DNA of 64,000 nucleotides from Chrysomallon squamiferum (lineage: Eukaryota > Animalia > Mollusca), in NCBI GenBank assembly GCA_012295275.1, contig CM022679.1, positions 26,598,001-26,662,000 of the forward strand, given 5' to 3'. Positions 1-12,400 of the stretch are shown in pieces (within the stretch, counting starts at the first letter, position 1; every line of letters starts with the position of its first letter). The translations under genes were made by a program, and so were the position numbers. A model generated the notes under the pieces. It had not been told where the DNA came from. It saw only the letters and a program-made list of their open reading frames with translations, and ran no database searches.

Positions 1-1029
1 ATTTGTTAACATGCAGAATATACACACGTGCACTTGATTTTTTGTTTGGATTTCATTTATAATATAAATATATATGATTATGTGTCTGTCGTTTTGAACT
101 TTAATACACAGCAAAGACAATTCTTTCCAGAATATTTCATTATCTATTCATATCATTCTTTATTTTAAAGCATGTACTCTTTATATACATGTAAAATTCC
201 TAATATGCTGTATTCATTACACCAAGCTATTGTTAAATTTTCATCTATTCACTGCACCTTACTTTGTCTGTGGACTTTAATGTATCCTGTTTGTCTCTAT
301 TTTGTTCCTTTATCCTGCTGTCATAAAAATATTTTTAAAACATTTAAAGAAATATTGAAACAACATTCCAGCTATTATTGAAATAATATATAAATGTGTC
401 CAAATTTTATGTAAATTTGTTTGTCTCAGAAACTAAAAGACATATTTTAAAAATGTATTTCGGTTATATTACTGCCAAAGATATAAGCTAATGTATATAT
501 AAATAATGTAATGTGTATTTTGATAAAATAAATTATTAAAAGAAAACAAAATAGTATGTAGATTTATGCACCTGATTTAAATTTTACTGATTTAATTTTA
601 AAGACTTTTATAATTTTTATATATACATTTTATTCTTTTAGTTGCTTGTTAATGAAAATATTGAAATATTCAATCAGTGAATACATCTGTAGAAATTACA
701 AAAACTAATAATACCATTTGTTTCTGACAGTAACAGGGGATAACATATATAATCTAACATGTTGACACACTTCGATATACACAAAAACATTCATTTAACA
801 ATTACTGTTTCAATTAAATTATTATTTTATTTACCGATTAGAAAATTGCTATATTCCTTTTAATATTGATTAAGGATTTTTTTCTTCTTTTATATATATA
901 TATAAATTTTATTTATTTATTTCACTTTTTAATGTACAAGTTTTTCACAAATCACTGTTGTAATTACTGCCATTTTTGTTGCACATTTACAGTGGTACTT
1001 GTTAATTTTATCAGTTTTAAATTTTATCT

Positions 1030-1062
<33 letters not shown>

Positions 1063-4000
1063 GAGATAATCACCGTTTTCTGATTTTGTTGAGCTTAAAG
1101 TGTACTTCTAGTAGATCATATAAAAAGCCTAACTACATCCCAATACAAGTATATGTATATATACATATTTATTTATTTTTTAACAAGTAATCAATCTTTC
1201 CTAAAAATAAAGTATGACAGTAAAACAATGTTATATAAAGTAATGTGAGATTTCATCAAGATATTTTTTCATTCATAGTGAATCATTATAAATATGAAAA
1301 AATAAAAGAAGAAAAGAAAATTGTCTAAAATGATACTTCAAAAATAAATATTAAATGTACACCTCATATTGTCATACTTCATTGTTAGCAAAGATAGGTT
1401 GTCAGTAATATATTGAGGCTATTTATATATGCTGCTGGAAGTACAATTTAAATAAACTGATCAGTGATAAAAATTGTGCAATAGAATTTGGTCTAGCCAT
1501 GTCTATTAGGCTTCGATGATTTTCTATTTTCTCTTTATGTCTCTGTCCAGCACAGAAAATAGATTCAGTGTTTTAAAATGTATATACATGATCAATACAG
1601 AATGTCAGAAGCATCTGGAATCATGGGGAAATTTTACTTTTTTAATTAATTTATTTAAAAAAATATATATATTAAAATTTAGTAAACCTCTGTAATTTAT
1701 CATAAAATAGACAAATCTGGTTCATTAATCTGCAAATATGCCTGGAGGTAGAATAAAGAAATTTAAAAATAAATAATTAAATTAAAAAAAATAAAATAAA
1801 AAATAAAATAAATAAAATAATAAAAACAAATTATTAAGCATGTTATTCCTCTAGATTTTTTAGTTTTTTTCCTTGTCAAAAACGTATTCCAGAGATGATT
1901 TCGTGTATGATTTGTTGTATGTTTCTCTCTCTATGGAAAAGTCAATAAAAAAGATTGTTTACAAGAAGCCTATTGGTTTTCCCACATTATTATTACAAAT
2001 TCCTAAATTTATATATTACATCAAGCTGTCTTTCAACAATAATTCAATCATTTTTTTTTTATTTATTTAATTTTTTTTTTTTTTTTTTTTTTACACTGAG
2101 CATAAAAGCATTAACAGGCTAATATTCCTCCACCCATGTCCAGATATTCCAGTTGTGTGCATCAATCATGATGTTAGGTTAGATACTTCATGCAAAATAA
2201 CCACCAGAAAGAGAGAGTGATTAGTTTTGTAGTAAAGAATGATGTTATCTCATGCCATTGTGAAATATTTGTTTTAATGTACGATAGATGTTTTTTCACT
2301 GCATATATTATATACCACTGTTTAGATCTAATTTATTTTAATGACTGTTATTTTACAGTATTTTTGAATGATGTTTTTTTTTTTTTTATTATTTATTATT
2401 ATTATTATTATTTTTTTTTTTTTTTTTTTTTTTTTATGGGTTTGAATTGGATGGGGAGAATTGGTTGGTTTTAAATATGTTTATTATTTATTATTATTTA
2501 AAAAAAAAATTTAATGATAATTTTTAACATTATAGTTATTATTGCATTCATTTATATATATACATACATAATTAATAATAATATAATTATGTATATTTCA
2601 AATATAAATATATGCAATAGGATGATTGGGGATATGCCAATTCTCTGTTTAAATATATTGATTTTGAATTCTATACACAGATAGGCCCCTGGTCATACTG
2701 TTATGTGCACAGGAAATATCTATAATTTTTATATTATTAATATTAATGTTTTAGGTATCAGGTTCCTTAATTTGTGTACTTGCAGTATGTTGTGGTTATT
2801 TGATTTGTGCATTTGCTGTATGCTATTCATCTATGCAATTGTAGGTATTATTTTTATATGTATATACATTCAAACCGTTGTGATTGTTTGCTTGAGGTGT
2901 TGCTTTATGTATTTGCTCACAGCCAAGTGCTCTTTTTATCACTTTCAACATTCCCTGCTTATAAACTTACTTAATCATTCTTTATTTCAAAGATGTGAAT
3001 CTGATATGTGCAAGAATTTTGAATATTATACATTTTAAGAACTCTTTCAAAACTAATAATAAAGGTTGTGAATATCAGAACATAAATTTTGTTTGATCAT
3101 TTTATAATTTCAGTGTTTTTCATTCAATTTTTAATATTTATTAATGGATACAGAAATATTTTAATGGTTTTTGATTAAATTTTTAATATATATTAATAGA
3201 TAAAATAATATTTTAATTGTTTTGGTTGTGATTTTTTTTGAAGAATTATATTTCTGTTTTTATTTTAATGATTAACTTTTTTTTTTTTTTTTTTTTGGAA
3301 AACCAGGACCATAGGCTTTTATTTTTAAGAGTTTTATATTTAATTCATTTTATCATAGTTATTATTATTATTATTATTATGAATATCTAGCATTTGAGCA
3401 GTTTCATAGCTTTAAAACTATGTGCCTTGGATTTTCTTTTACTTTTTAAAATAAATTTAAAAATACTTTTAACAAAACTTATGAGAATTAATTGTGTTTC
3501 TATCTTCTCCTTTTTGTTTTTTACACTTTATTTATGAAAATAGTTTGATGTGTGTATATCAAATTATATAACCTCTTGATATAATCAGTTTTAAAATGAT
3601 GTACCATCTTTTACACTTGTATTCCTTACACTAATTTGGTAAAGTATTACATATATAAATGTAAATTAAATAGTTATGTTCATGATTATATAATGAATTT
3701 TTCAAGTGTGTACATTTTCATTGTCAAAAATACATTCCATATATATATATACATTATATTAATAAACATTATGTATACAAATATAAACAAATGCAGTTTA
3801 TATTAGCTTTATATCACTTCCTTTGTAGATATTTTATTAAAATTTGTGAATTATTTATGCTTTTTGTTATTATTTAAAAACAACAATAACAACAAAAACT
3901 TTCATTGAAAAGATTCATCAGTTTTTTATCATAAAATAATAAGAATATTTAGAAAAAATAATAATATATATTATTTTTTTAAATGGAAAGAAATAACGAA

Positions 4001-4229
4001 TTATATACCAATAAATTGTCATTTAGTAATATTTTGTAATCACTACCAGACTTTTCTCCCTCAGAGATAAAAGCTTAAATTTTTGACATAACAATAAGTT
4101 CTTAAATGGTTTAAGGAGTTATTGTGAAAATTACTGCCTAGATTAGTTTATGTTCTAAAATTGTGTTTCTTTTTTTAAGCGATATGCACAAAGACACTTG
4201 AAGCACAGGTAAACAAAAATATTTTTTTA

Positions 4230-4498
4230 TCAGCACCTTGAAAAGGCCTCACGTTTTAAGCCGATTAATTCAACTTCCTGTCACAACTTAGTTATCTCTC
4301 TTGTTGAAATATTACGGATTTCCCTAACTTTTACATAAATTCTTGAATTAGTACTGTCGATAGTTTATGATCCAAATGCCTTGAAATCGGTTAACATGTG
4401 CAGAACGTTCCTATAATTCAGTCTGTTATAAGTTTTAGTAGCCTGACACGGGTTCATCCGGAAAGCATGCTTTCGATATGTGACGTGGATTAACGCCA
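4230..4498 (+). promoter_or_regulatory. Putative TXNDC11 proximal promoter/5' UTR (CpG-retaining patch)
   Basis: Local rise in CpG, ETS-like ACTTCCTG (~4273) and CCGGAAA (~4458), Inr-like TCAGT (4418-4422), TGACGTGG (4481-4488). The TSS cannot be fixed from sequence alone. Confidence 0.6.
4481..4488 (+). promoter_or_regulatory. UPRE-like element TGACGTGG (XBP1/ATF6-family consensus)
   Basis: Exact match to the UPRE consensus TGACGTG(G/A), ending 10 nt before the ATG of an ERAD gene. Confidence 0.5.
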
Positions 4499-4635
4499 AT
4501 GGAGAGCGCCGCCTCGAAAGATAGATCACACGTTGCACATACGAGTATCTTGTATAGAGCTATGACCAGACATCCAGAACTTTTTCTGCTTGCCATAACT
4601 CTATCTGTCACTGTCATATCGCGATATGGAAACAG
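4499..4635 (+). CDS. TXNDC11: TXNDC11 exon 1 (N-terminus, signal/anchor segment)
   Basis: MESAASKDRSHVAHTSILYRAMTRHPELFLLAITLSVTVISRYGN; in-frame TGA upstream at 4481; donor AG|gtaaa at 4636; phase 2 fits exon 2; lies in a CpG-rich patch. Confidence 0.85.
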
Positions 4636-4763
4636 GTAAAATGTACTGATTTCACATATTAAATGCATAGTCTCCGACAATGTTGCACGTGCCAGTTTGT
4701 TTACATTCCTGACTCCGAAGAAACGACAAACTTTGATACTATCCTTCAGTGCTTCACGTAATT

Positions 4764-4798
<35 letters not shown>

Positions 4799-7700
4799 GC
4801 CATAGCATTTATTAATATTCAGATATAATATTTTTGTTGTTTCAGTAAATAATCACAATATGAAACATATTTGTAAATTAAACGTGTTAATATATGGGTG
4901 GATGCATATATTAAAGGAAGAGGATCGTCATAGTCATAGTGTTTATCTGCAATAATTACACTGAGATGATAAAACCTGTACTTAACATAAGAACAATCTC
5001 TCACAATAACAAGTGCATTACAAATTTAAATGGATGACCATTTTGTTCAAAGTCACTGTGATTAATCATTAAGCCATCAGTCGTAAGACCAATGGACAGA
5101 ATGATCAGATATTGTTAAATATTCTAATTTGTTTAGTAATAATAAGGGAATTTAATATTGTCTTTGTAACTAACACTGGCAGTGTCTTGTGAAGATGGCA
5201 CAGACTCTTAGACTGTACTTAAGGACAAATGTGCTTGAACCTTTAACAAACATATTGATTGCTTGACAACACTGAATTTCTGTACTAGATACAAATGTTG
5301 GGGATATTATATTGGATATAATGTTCTGATGATATGATTGTAGTAAAAAATATCTGTTGATAAAACAGTTTGGGGGACTCATGGCAATCATAATTCCAGA
5401 TGATATTTGGTGTGTCTGTATATGTGTATGTTGGCAGTTAGATAGAAATGTAGGTGTGTATGTGTGTTTAGTGTGTGCATGCACAAACACAAATTTATCT
5501 AGATGTATATGTGGTGTTTAGGTGGGTAAGTAGATATGTTTGGTTAGAATCCTTATTTTTATAAATTTAAAAAAAATAATATCATTATTTCAGTCTCAAG
5601 TCACAGCCTATTACAGTTCCACCCAGACCACCTAAACGATTCTTCCCCATCAGCTCACCAGTACTTGACTTTCCATATGGAGACTTGGACCCAGTTGTCG
5701 ATGTTTTGGGACAGGAGGAAATTATTTTTCTCATGTATTATGCCCCTTGGTGTGCTAAATCGATGGCTGTGCGCTGGGAATTCCACAAAGCTGCTAAATA
5801 TTTAAAAGATCAGGTTAGTAAGATGTTAAATATTGTCTTAGGATATGTCTTTGTGAATTTATGTGTAAGGCATAGGCTTATATAGTACCTTTATATATGA
5901 AAGTTTGAGCTGTATTTTTATTCATTTGGGAACATGGGAATATGTAATGCGTGAATTTTAATTCAAACAGTTGACACTTCAAGCTAGCACACAGTTTAAT
6001 TTCAGAGAGAGAATTATAGATAAATAGATAGAGAGAATTTATAATATGTAAATTATAGAAGTATTCTGTGTGACTTTTCAGGTTAAATTTGTAGCAGTTA
6101 ATTGTTGGTGGCCAGAAGGACAGTGTCGCAAGCGATACAAGTTTCTGATGTACCCAGTTCTCTTTGTTTACTACTTGGATGTAGACGGTTACCGTTACAT
6201 GGGTTAGTTTATGTCTCTGAGAAGAATAAGCCTGTCACATAATATGTTACATTGAATGAATTAATGTGAATTAGAAAAACCTATGTGTAAACATAGACAT
6301 AAAAAGTGTGAACTACATGTACATCAATTTGTGCCTTACTCACAATCAGTGACACTGTTTTTCTGTTAATGAGTGTAATAGCTAATATAATATTTGTCAT
6401 TATTTTAGATAATTTTTTTTTTTTTTTTAACTCAGTAATAAAAAGCCAGTAAAGTGTACATGTTGTCACTGTGTTTCTTATACATACATACAGATAGATA
6501 TACACACATGCAGACAGACACACATAAACAGGCATACATGCTCATGAACACTAATACACATACGTTAACCAATGTATGCACATTCACTCACATATGTGCA
6601 GGTCTGTATACATTTCACTTACATGTGTGTAGGTTAGATAAGTGTACTGATTGTGTATTAATGTTTTCCATGCAGGGCTGCAGTCAGCTGATCACATGGT
6701 GAAGTTCTTGGAGGATCTCATGTATCCCTTGACACCATTTCACCACAAAACAGAAATCTTAGATTTTATTGCTCGTCATGATGTGAGTTTATTATTATTA
6801 TTATTATTATTATTACATATTTTTTAAACATTAATGGATTTCTGATGATATTAAATTTTATAAACCAACATTTGGTCAGATGATATGGGATAGAGAAAAA
6901 GACAGAGTGAGAGATAGGTTAAGACACGAATAGATAAATGGATATGAGTAAGTAGAGGGAATGAAATAAAGAATATGAGAAAGAGTTAAAATAAAATTTG
7001 AAGTAACTGTTTTCTGTTACTTTATATATTCTGTTTGAGATTGTATAATTATCTCATTCAACACAGAGAGGAAGAGGGAGAGAGAGGGAATAAAAAAAGA
7101 GATAGAGAGATCTAGTGTTACCTTTTATTTTTATTTTTTAAAAGAAAGAAAATCAGCATTTATTTTTTTTTTAATTTCTGTATAGTAATTTAAAAGCAAC
7201 ATAATATAGTTATCTGAGGATAAATGACTGTAAAAATATCTTTCTATTGATAAAAAATTATAACAGTAGCCCATGTTTTAACTGAAAAAAGAAATTAAAA
7301 GAAATAATAAAATGGCCTAAACGCTTATTTTCTTTTTAATTTATAAAATTGGTATGTTATAAGCAGTAATATTCAGTTTTCTCTTGTTAATTCATTTAAA
7401 AGAATCTTGAAAAACTGCAGCCAATGTTTTACCTGCAAAAAACAACAAATAACAATGGTAAAGATACGTAAACATTTATTTTCTCTTTTTTTACAGTCAG
7501 CTGTTATAGGATACTTTGATTTCAACATGTCTCCACAACCTCCAGGTTTCCAGCAGTTTTACTTGGCCTCTATGAGAGTTGTCGAACATGGTAAGAACCA
7601 AACAGATTTTAATTAACTACAATTTTTTTTTTTTTTTCAGTTTGTAATGTTATAGGATCTCTGTATATTCATTATAGTGAAATTTTAATGTAGAAAAAAA

Positions 7701-9368
7701 CAAACACAGGACTTTGAGTCAAAAATATATTTTGGTTGAAATGTTTATATTTAATTTATAATTTTTTAGGTATGCACTGCATACTGAGTTTTCAGTAATA
7801 CTTTCTGCTTTAAATACCATAATGTCAAAACTTAAAAATACAAACTGAAGTTGTTAGATAACAAGATGGATATTTGATTTTTATTATTATTGTTATTATT
7901 GTTATTATTGTTATTGTTGTTATTGTTATTATTGTTATTGTTATTATTATTGTTATTGTTATCAGTGCTACTGCAGCAGTATCTTTATAACAATAATCGA
8001 TACAGCAACTACTTCTTCCACCACTACTACTCCTACTGCTGCTACTGCAACCATTACTACTACTTCTACCATTGCTACTCTGTACGACATCTGCTTCACT
8101 AAAACAAGTAGTCCTATTATCACCACGGATACTCTTGCTATTACTATTCTGTACTACATCTACTACTACTACTAGTACTACAACAATTTCTATTTTAAAT
8201 TTTCTTTATCTTATTCTTTCAGATCCACACCAGCCAGTGAAGTTTGGCGTCACCTTTCAGAAACATCTCGCGGAGATGTTCAACCTCACTCAATCATGTG
8301 ATGTTGTCATGCTTCGAGTTGCCAACAGCAGTCTGGTAATTGTTACATGTTTGTTACTGTTGTCAGCAGTTACATGTTTGTTACTCTTATCAGCACTCCT
8401 CTAATCATCTATTCAGAAATGAGTCAATGAAAATTATTACTACCACTCCCATTAATTTAGTATGCTAATTTACTGAACACGTTTAGTGAGTGAATTAATG
8501 GGTATTAAATTAAGTGAAAAGTTAATTTGTTGACGAATGCTGATGAAGGTTATAATTAGTATAAATTATCTTTGTCTGTTGAAAAAAAATGCTCACAAGG
8601 ACTAACAGATTATTGTAGAAATTCGTTTCTAGTAATTTATTGAAGCAGAAATTGTTTTTCCTTTTGAAAATCTTAGTAGGGACCTTACAATACCTGTAAC
8701 TTAGGATTTTAAATTATCATTGCCAATAAAACCTTGACATGACTTTTCCTGTCTGTACCAAAGAACATGTATAAAATTACTGTCAGTATCAAAGAACATG
8801 TATAAAATTCCTGTTTGTATCAAAGAACATGTATAAAATTCCTGTCTGTATCAAAGAACATGTATAAAATTACTGTCTGTATCAAAGAACATGTATAAAA
8901 TTCTTGTCTGTATCAAAGAACATTTAAAATTCCTGTGTGTATCAAAGAACATATAAAATTCCTGTCTGTATCAAAGAACATATATGAAATTCCTGTCTGT
9001 ATCAAGGAACATTTATGAAATTCCTGTCTATATCAAAGAACATGTATAAAATTCCTGTCTGTATCAAAGAACATGTATAAAATATAATTTGCTGTTGCTG
9101 AGTGGTAAGGACAATGGGTGGGGACAATGGGTTTCCTATCACATAACAGCATTACAAAAAATGTGTTGTAATTTGTTTCAGAAATTTTCCCGAGATTTCA
9201 ATTTCACCTCGAGTCAGCTGGTGTCCTGGTCGCTAAGCAACAGACAAAAGGTATGGAATGATGTAATTTTATGGAGAGTGCAATAAATTAAATATTTCAA
9301 CTGTTAAATAATTTGGTAAGTATGCGTCATTTGATTTTTACTGTTTCTTCGATGTTGTTTTAATTCTG

Positions 9369-9400
<32 letters not shown>

Positions 9401-12400
9401 AGTATGTATGTATGTATGTATGTATGTGTTTGTGTATGTGAGTATGTACATATGTATGTATTATGCATGTATGTGTGTATGTAATGTCTTAACAAATACA
9501 AACACACAGAATACTTCAATATGCTTTTGATGTTGTAAATCTAAGGTTAATTTCTGAATATGTGTGAAAGATTGATATTTAAATGTATCTATTTCAGTCT
9601 TATTTTATTGTATTTCTTTCAGCCAATTGTCAAATGGCTTTCTCCTCTGGGAGTGAAAAGTTTGTCTCTGTCAAATGAGATCATTCGAGGTCCTGCAGTT
9701 ATAGCTTTCTATTCCCACAATCCTCTCTTCGACACCAACCAGCCATTTCAGGTGGTAAGTTGATGTGTTTTATTTTTGTTTGTAAACAGTTTATTACTTT
9801 CAGTAGCACATGTTTTGGAAGAAATTGTAACAAAGAAATGTGCATAATTTTATATATATTTTTTAAATTTTAATTTTAATTTTATATTTTATATTTTTTT
9901 AATTTTAATTTAAATTTTTTTAATTTAATTTAATTTTAATTTTTATTATATCTTTTTTGTTTTATTTTATTTTTTATTTATTTACTTCTTTTTTGGTATC
10001 TTCACAGTTCTAGATTATCTTTATACATTATTGCTTATTTGTTTTTCTTATTGTTTTTGAAACAGTTTGTTGTAATTTTTCAACTTTTACATTTTGGTAT
10101 AATTTTTTTTTCTCTGTCTGTATTTTTAGATGAAAGATCTCGCACTGCAGTTCCGGAACTGCGGAGAGAACACAAACATTTCCGACATCATAACAAGATG
10201 GCGACAGCAAGCGAAACGCAGCGAAGTCAGCTACCGTGAAGTCGTCAGATTCTGTGACAGATATCGCAGACACAGCCGCATCCAGCTGAACCGAGTCAAC
10301 TGCTGCGTTACCGTGGTAACGTCCCTGGAGAACTCGATGCACAAGAACATCTGCGAGTACTGCGTGCACCGCCAGAACCAGATGGTCAATTCCTGTCCGC
10401 TGAATCTGTACCTGAAGCTCGACCAGATGCCGAAGTGGACATCCTTGCAGACCAACATCTGCCAGAATTCCGTGGAAAACTACAACACTTTCGAGTACTA
10501 CAGCTTGTGCTGCAGGAACTGCACAAAGAAGGTTGCTGACACCCACACAGACAGATTCTCTGCCCAGTCTTTCAAGTCGGGGAAACGTCGACTGACAGAC
10601 AGGTACCTCTGGCAGAGTTTGGAGAACTATCCTAAACGACTATGCAAGAAACTCACCCTGCAGAAAGTGGAAGGGGTGAGAGCGTACAGAGACATGATCC
10701 ACTACATCGATGATGATGGTGATGATGATGATGACATCCTCGGAGCCCTTAGAACCATCTCTGGTTTGGGCTGCCACACAAACCGAACGGTCAATTTCTA
10801 TGCAATGGACGCCGTCCATCATTCTGTTTTTGCTGAGCGGCTTGGAGTGGACATTTCCAGTCTGCCTGCTCAGCCTTCTGTTGTTATTGTAGATAAAGAA
10901 GTAAGAAGTATTTTTATTTACTCACACTTCAAGGTTACAGAGATATCAAAAATATATTTCCTGCTGTAGTATATGTTTTTGTTAGCAGAGATTAATTTAA
11001 AAAAAACAAAAAAAAAAAACAAACAAACAACGAATTATTAATAATTACAGATATATAGATTTAAATTTAACACATTATTTAATTACACTTATTCATTAAC
11101 ATGCTATTTACTTACTAAATCTGTATATCTGTCTGTTTCATTGATAGTTCTTGATTGATTACAAATCATTGTAAGTAAAACGAATAATAAATCCCAAAAC
11201 AACATTAATTGTGTCTGTGCAAATGCATGTGTAATCAGTACAGTCCAATTCATTGTATTTATACTTACATATTTTAATGTTAAATTTTTTTATTTTTTTA
11301 TTTTTCTTTTAATTATAATTTGTCCACAACAAAAAGAGAAAATATTTTAGTGATAAAACAGAAAACAGTAATGAACATGATGATGAGCCCATTTATTTTG
11401 TTGATTTGACTGAATTATTTATTTATTTATTTATTTATTTTTTTATTTTTTTATTTATTTTTTTATTTATTTATTTATGAATGATATTTATTTATTTTTT
11501 TATTTATTTATGAATGATATTTATTTATTTATTTCATTTCAGAATGAAGAAGAATATTTGCTCAAAGAAAATTTCACAGTATCTAATGTTGGTATGTTTT
11601 AATATATATTAATACCCAGCTATTTTCGTTTGTATTTAAATCATGTATGGCATGATTATTATTTTTTATGCTTGACTGAACAATACACAATAAGCAGCAA
11701 ATTGACTGCAACAGATGTTCGATGTTGTGGAAAACACATGTTGCCTTTATTCATTTCATCACGTGTACTCATATTTTACAAAAGATAAATGTATTTTGTT
11801 TCTTTTTATCAATACAGATGTGTTGAAAAGTTAAACAAAAATTTTGCCACTTGTGGATTCTTTTACTTATTTTTTTAGCCAACATTCTTGTCTACATTTC
11901 CAACTTTAACTTCATTTCAAGTTTTTTTTAAGTCCCACAAGATCTAAGGTCATTTATGGCACTTCAGTATGAAAACTAATTATAGATTTGGAATCCTTAA
12001 CCAATTCCCTTTCCAGTGATACCAAGTTAGTTCAGTTTAAACCACTGGTTGATGGGGGAAAAGGGTATGAAGACTGGTTTCTCTTACATGTTTTCATCAA
12101 AAACAAATATCATTCCTGAGTGTGATATTTCCAAAAACCTTTGATCTTTTTCATGAAATAGTTTGTATTTTCTCTTTCCCACTCTTAGTGAGTGAAAATA
12201 CAAAGTTAGAGCAGAATTTGAAGGGATTAGGTTAAATTCAGTGTTGCTGCTAAGATGAGCAGTCACTGTAGTGATGCTGCGCACATCAGAACGTTGCCTC
12301 TCATGGTCACTGTAGATGTCTGCTTTTACTTGAAGTATTAAAAGATTTGCTCAGAGATTTTGAAAAATTAAAGAGAAGAATGGGTTAAACACATTTTTGT

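Noticed and set aside
1-4200. Possible upstream gene or exons
   Set aside because: Very AT-rich with no credible exon. It may be the 3' UTR or an intron of a neighbour, but this cannot be supported from the window.
4435-4803. 122-aa minus-strand ORF with a Leu-rich N-terminus
   Set aside because: The Leu run comes from an (AAT)n microsatellite and the rest is antisense to exon 1.
5177-5188. miR-34-like TGGCAGTGTCTT
   Set aside because: The match stops at 12 nt and I see no precursor hairpin. A by-eye scan for other conserved bilaterian miRNAs found no full match.
9752-9760. Tandem donor GTGGTAAGT at exon 8
   Set aside because: The upstream GTGGTA is far weaker than GTAAGT and would remove only one Val; no evidence of use.
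10028-10546. 172-aa minus-strand ORF
   Set aside because: Antisense shadow of GC-rich exon 9; no recognisable domain.
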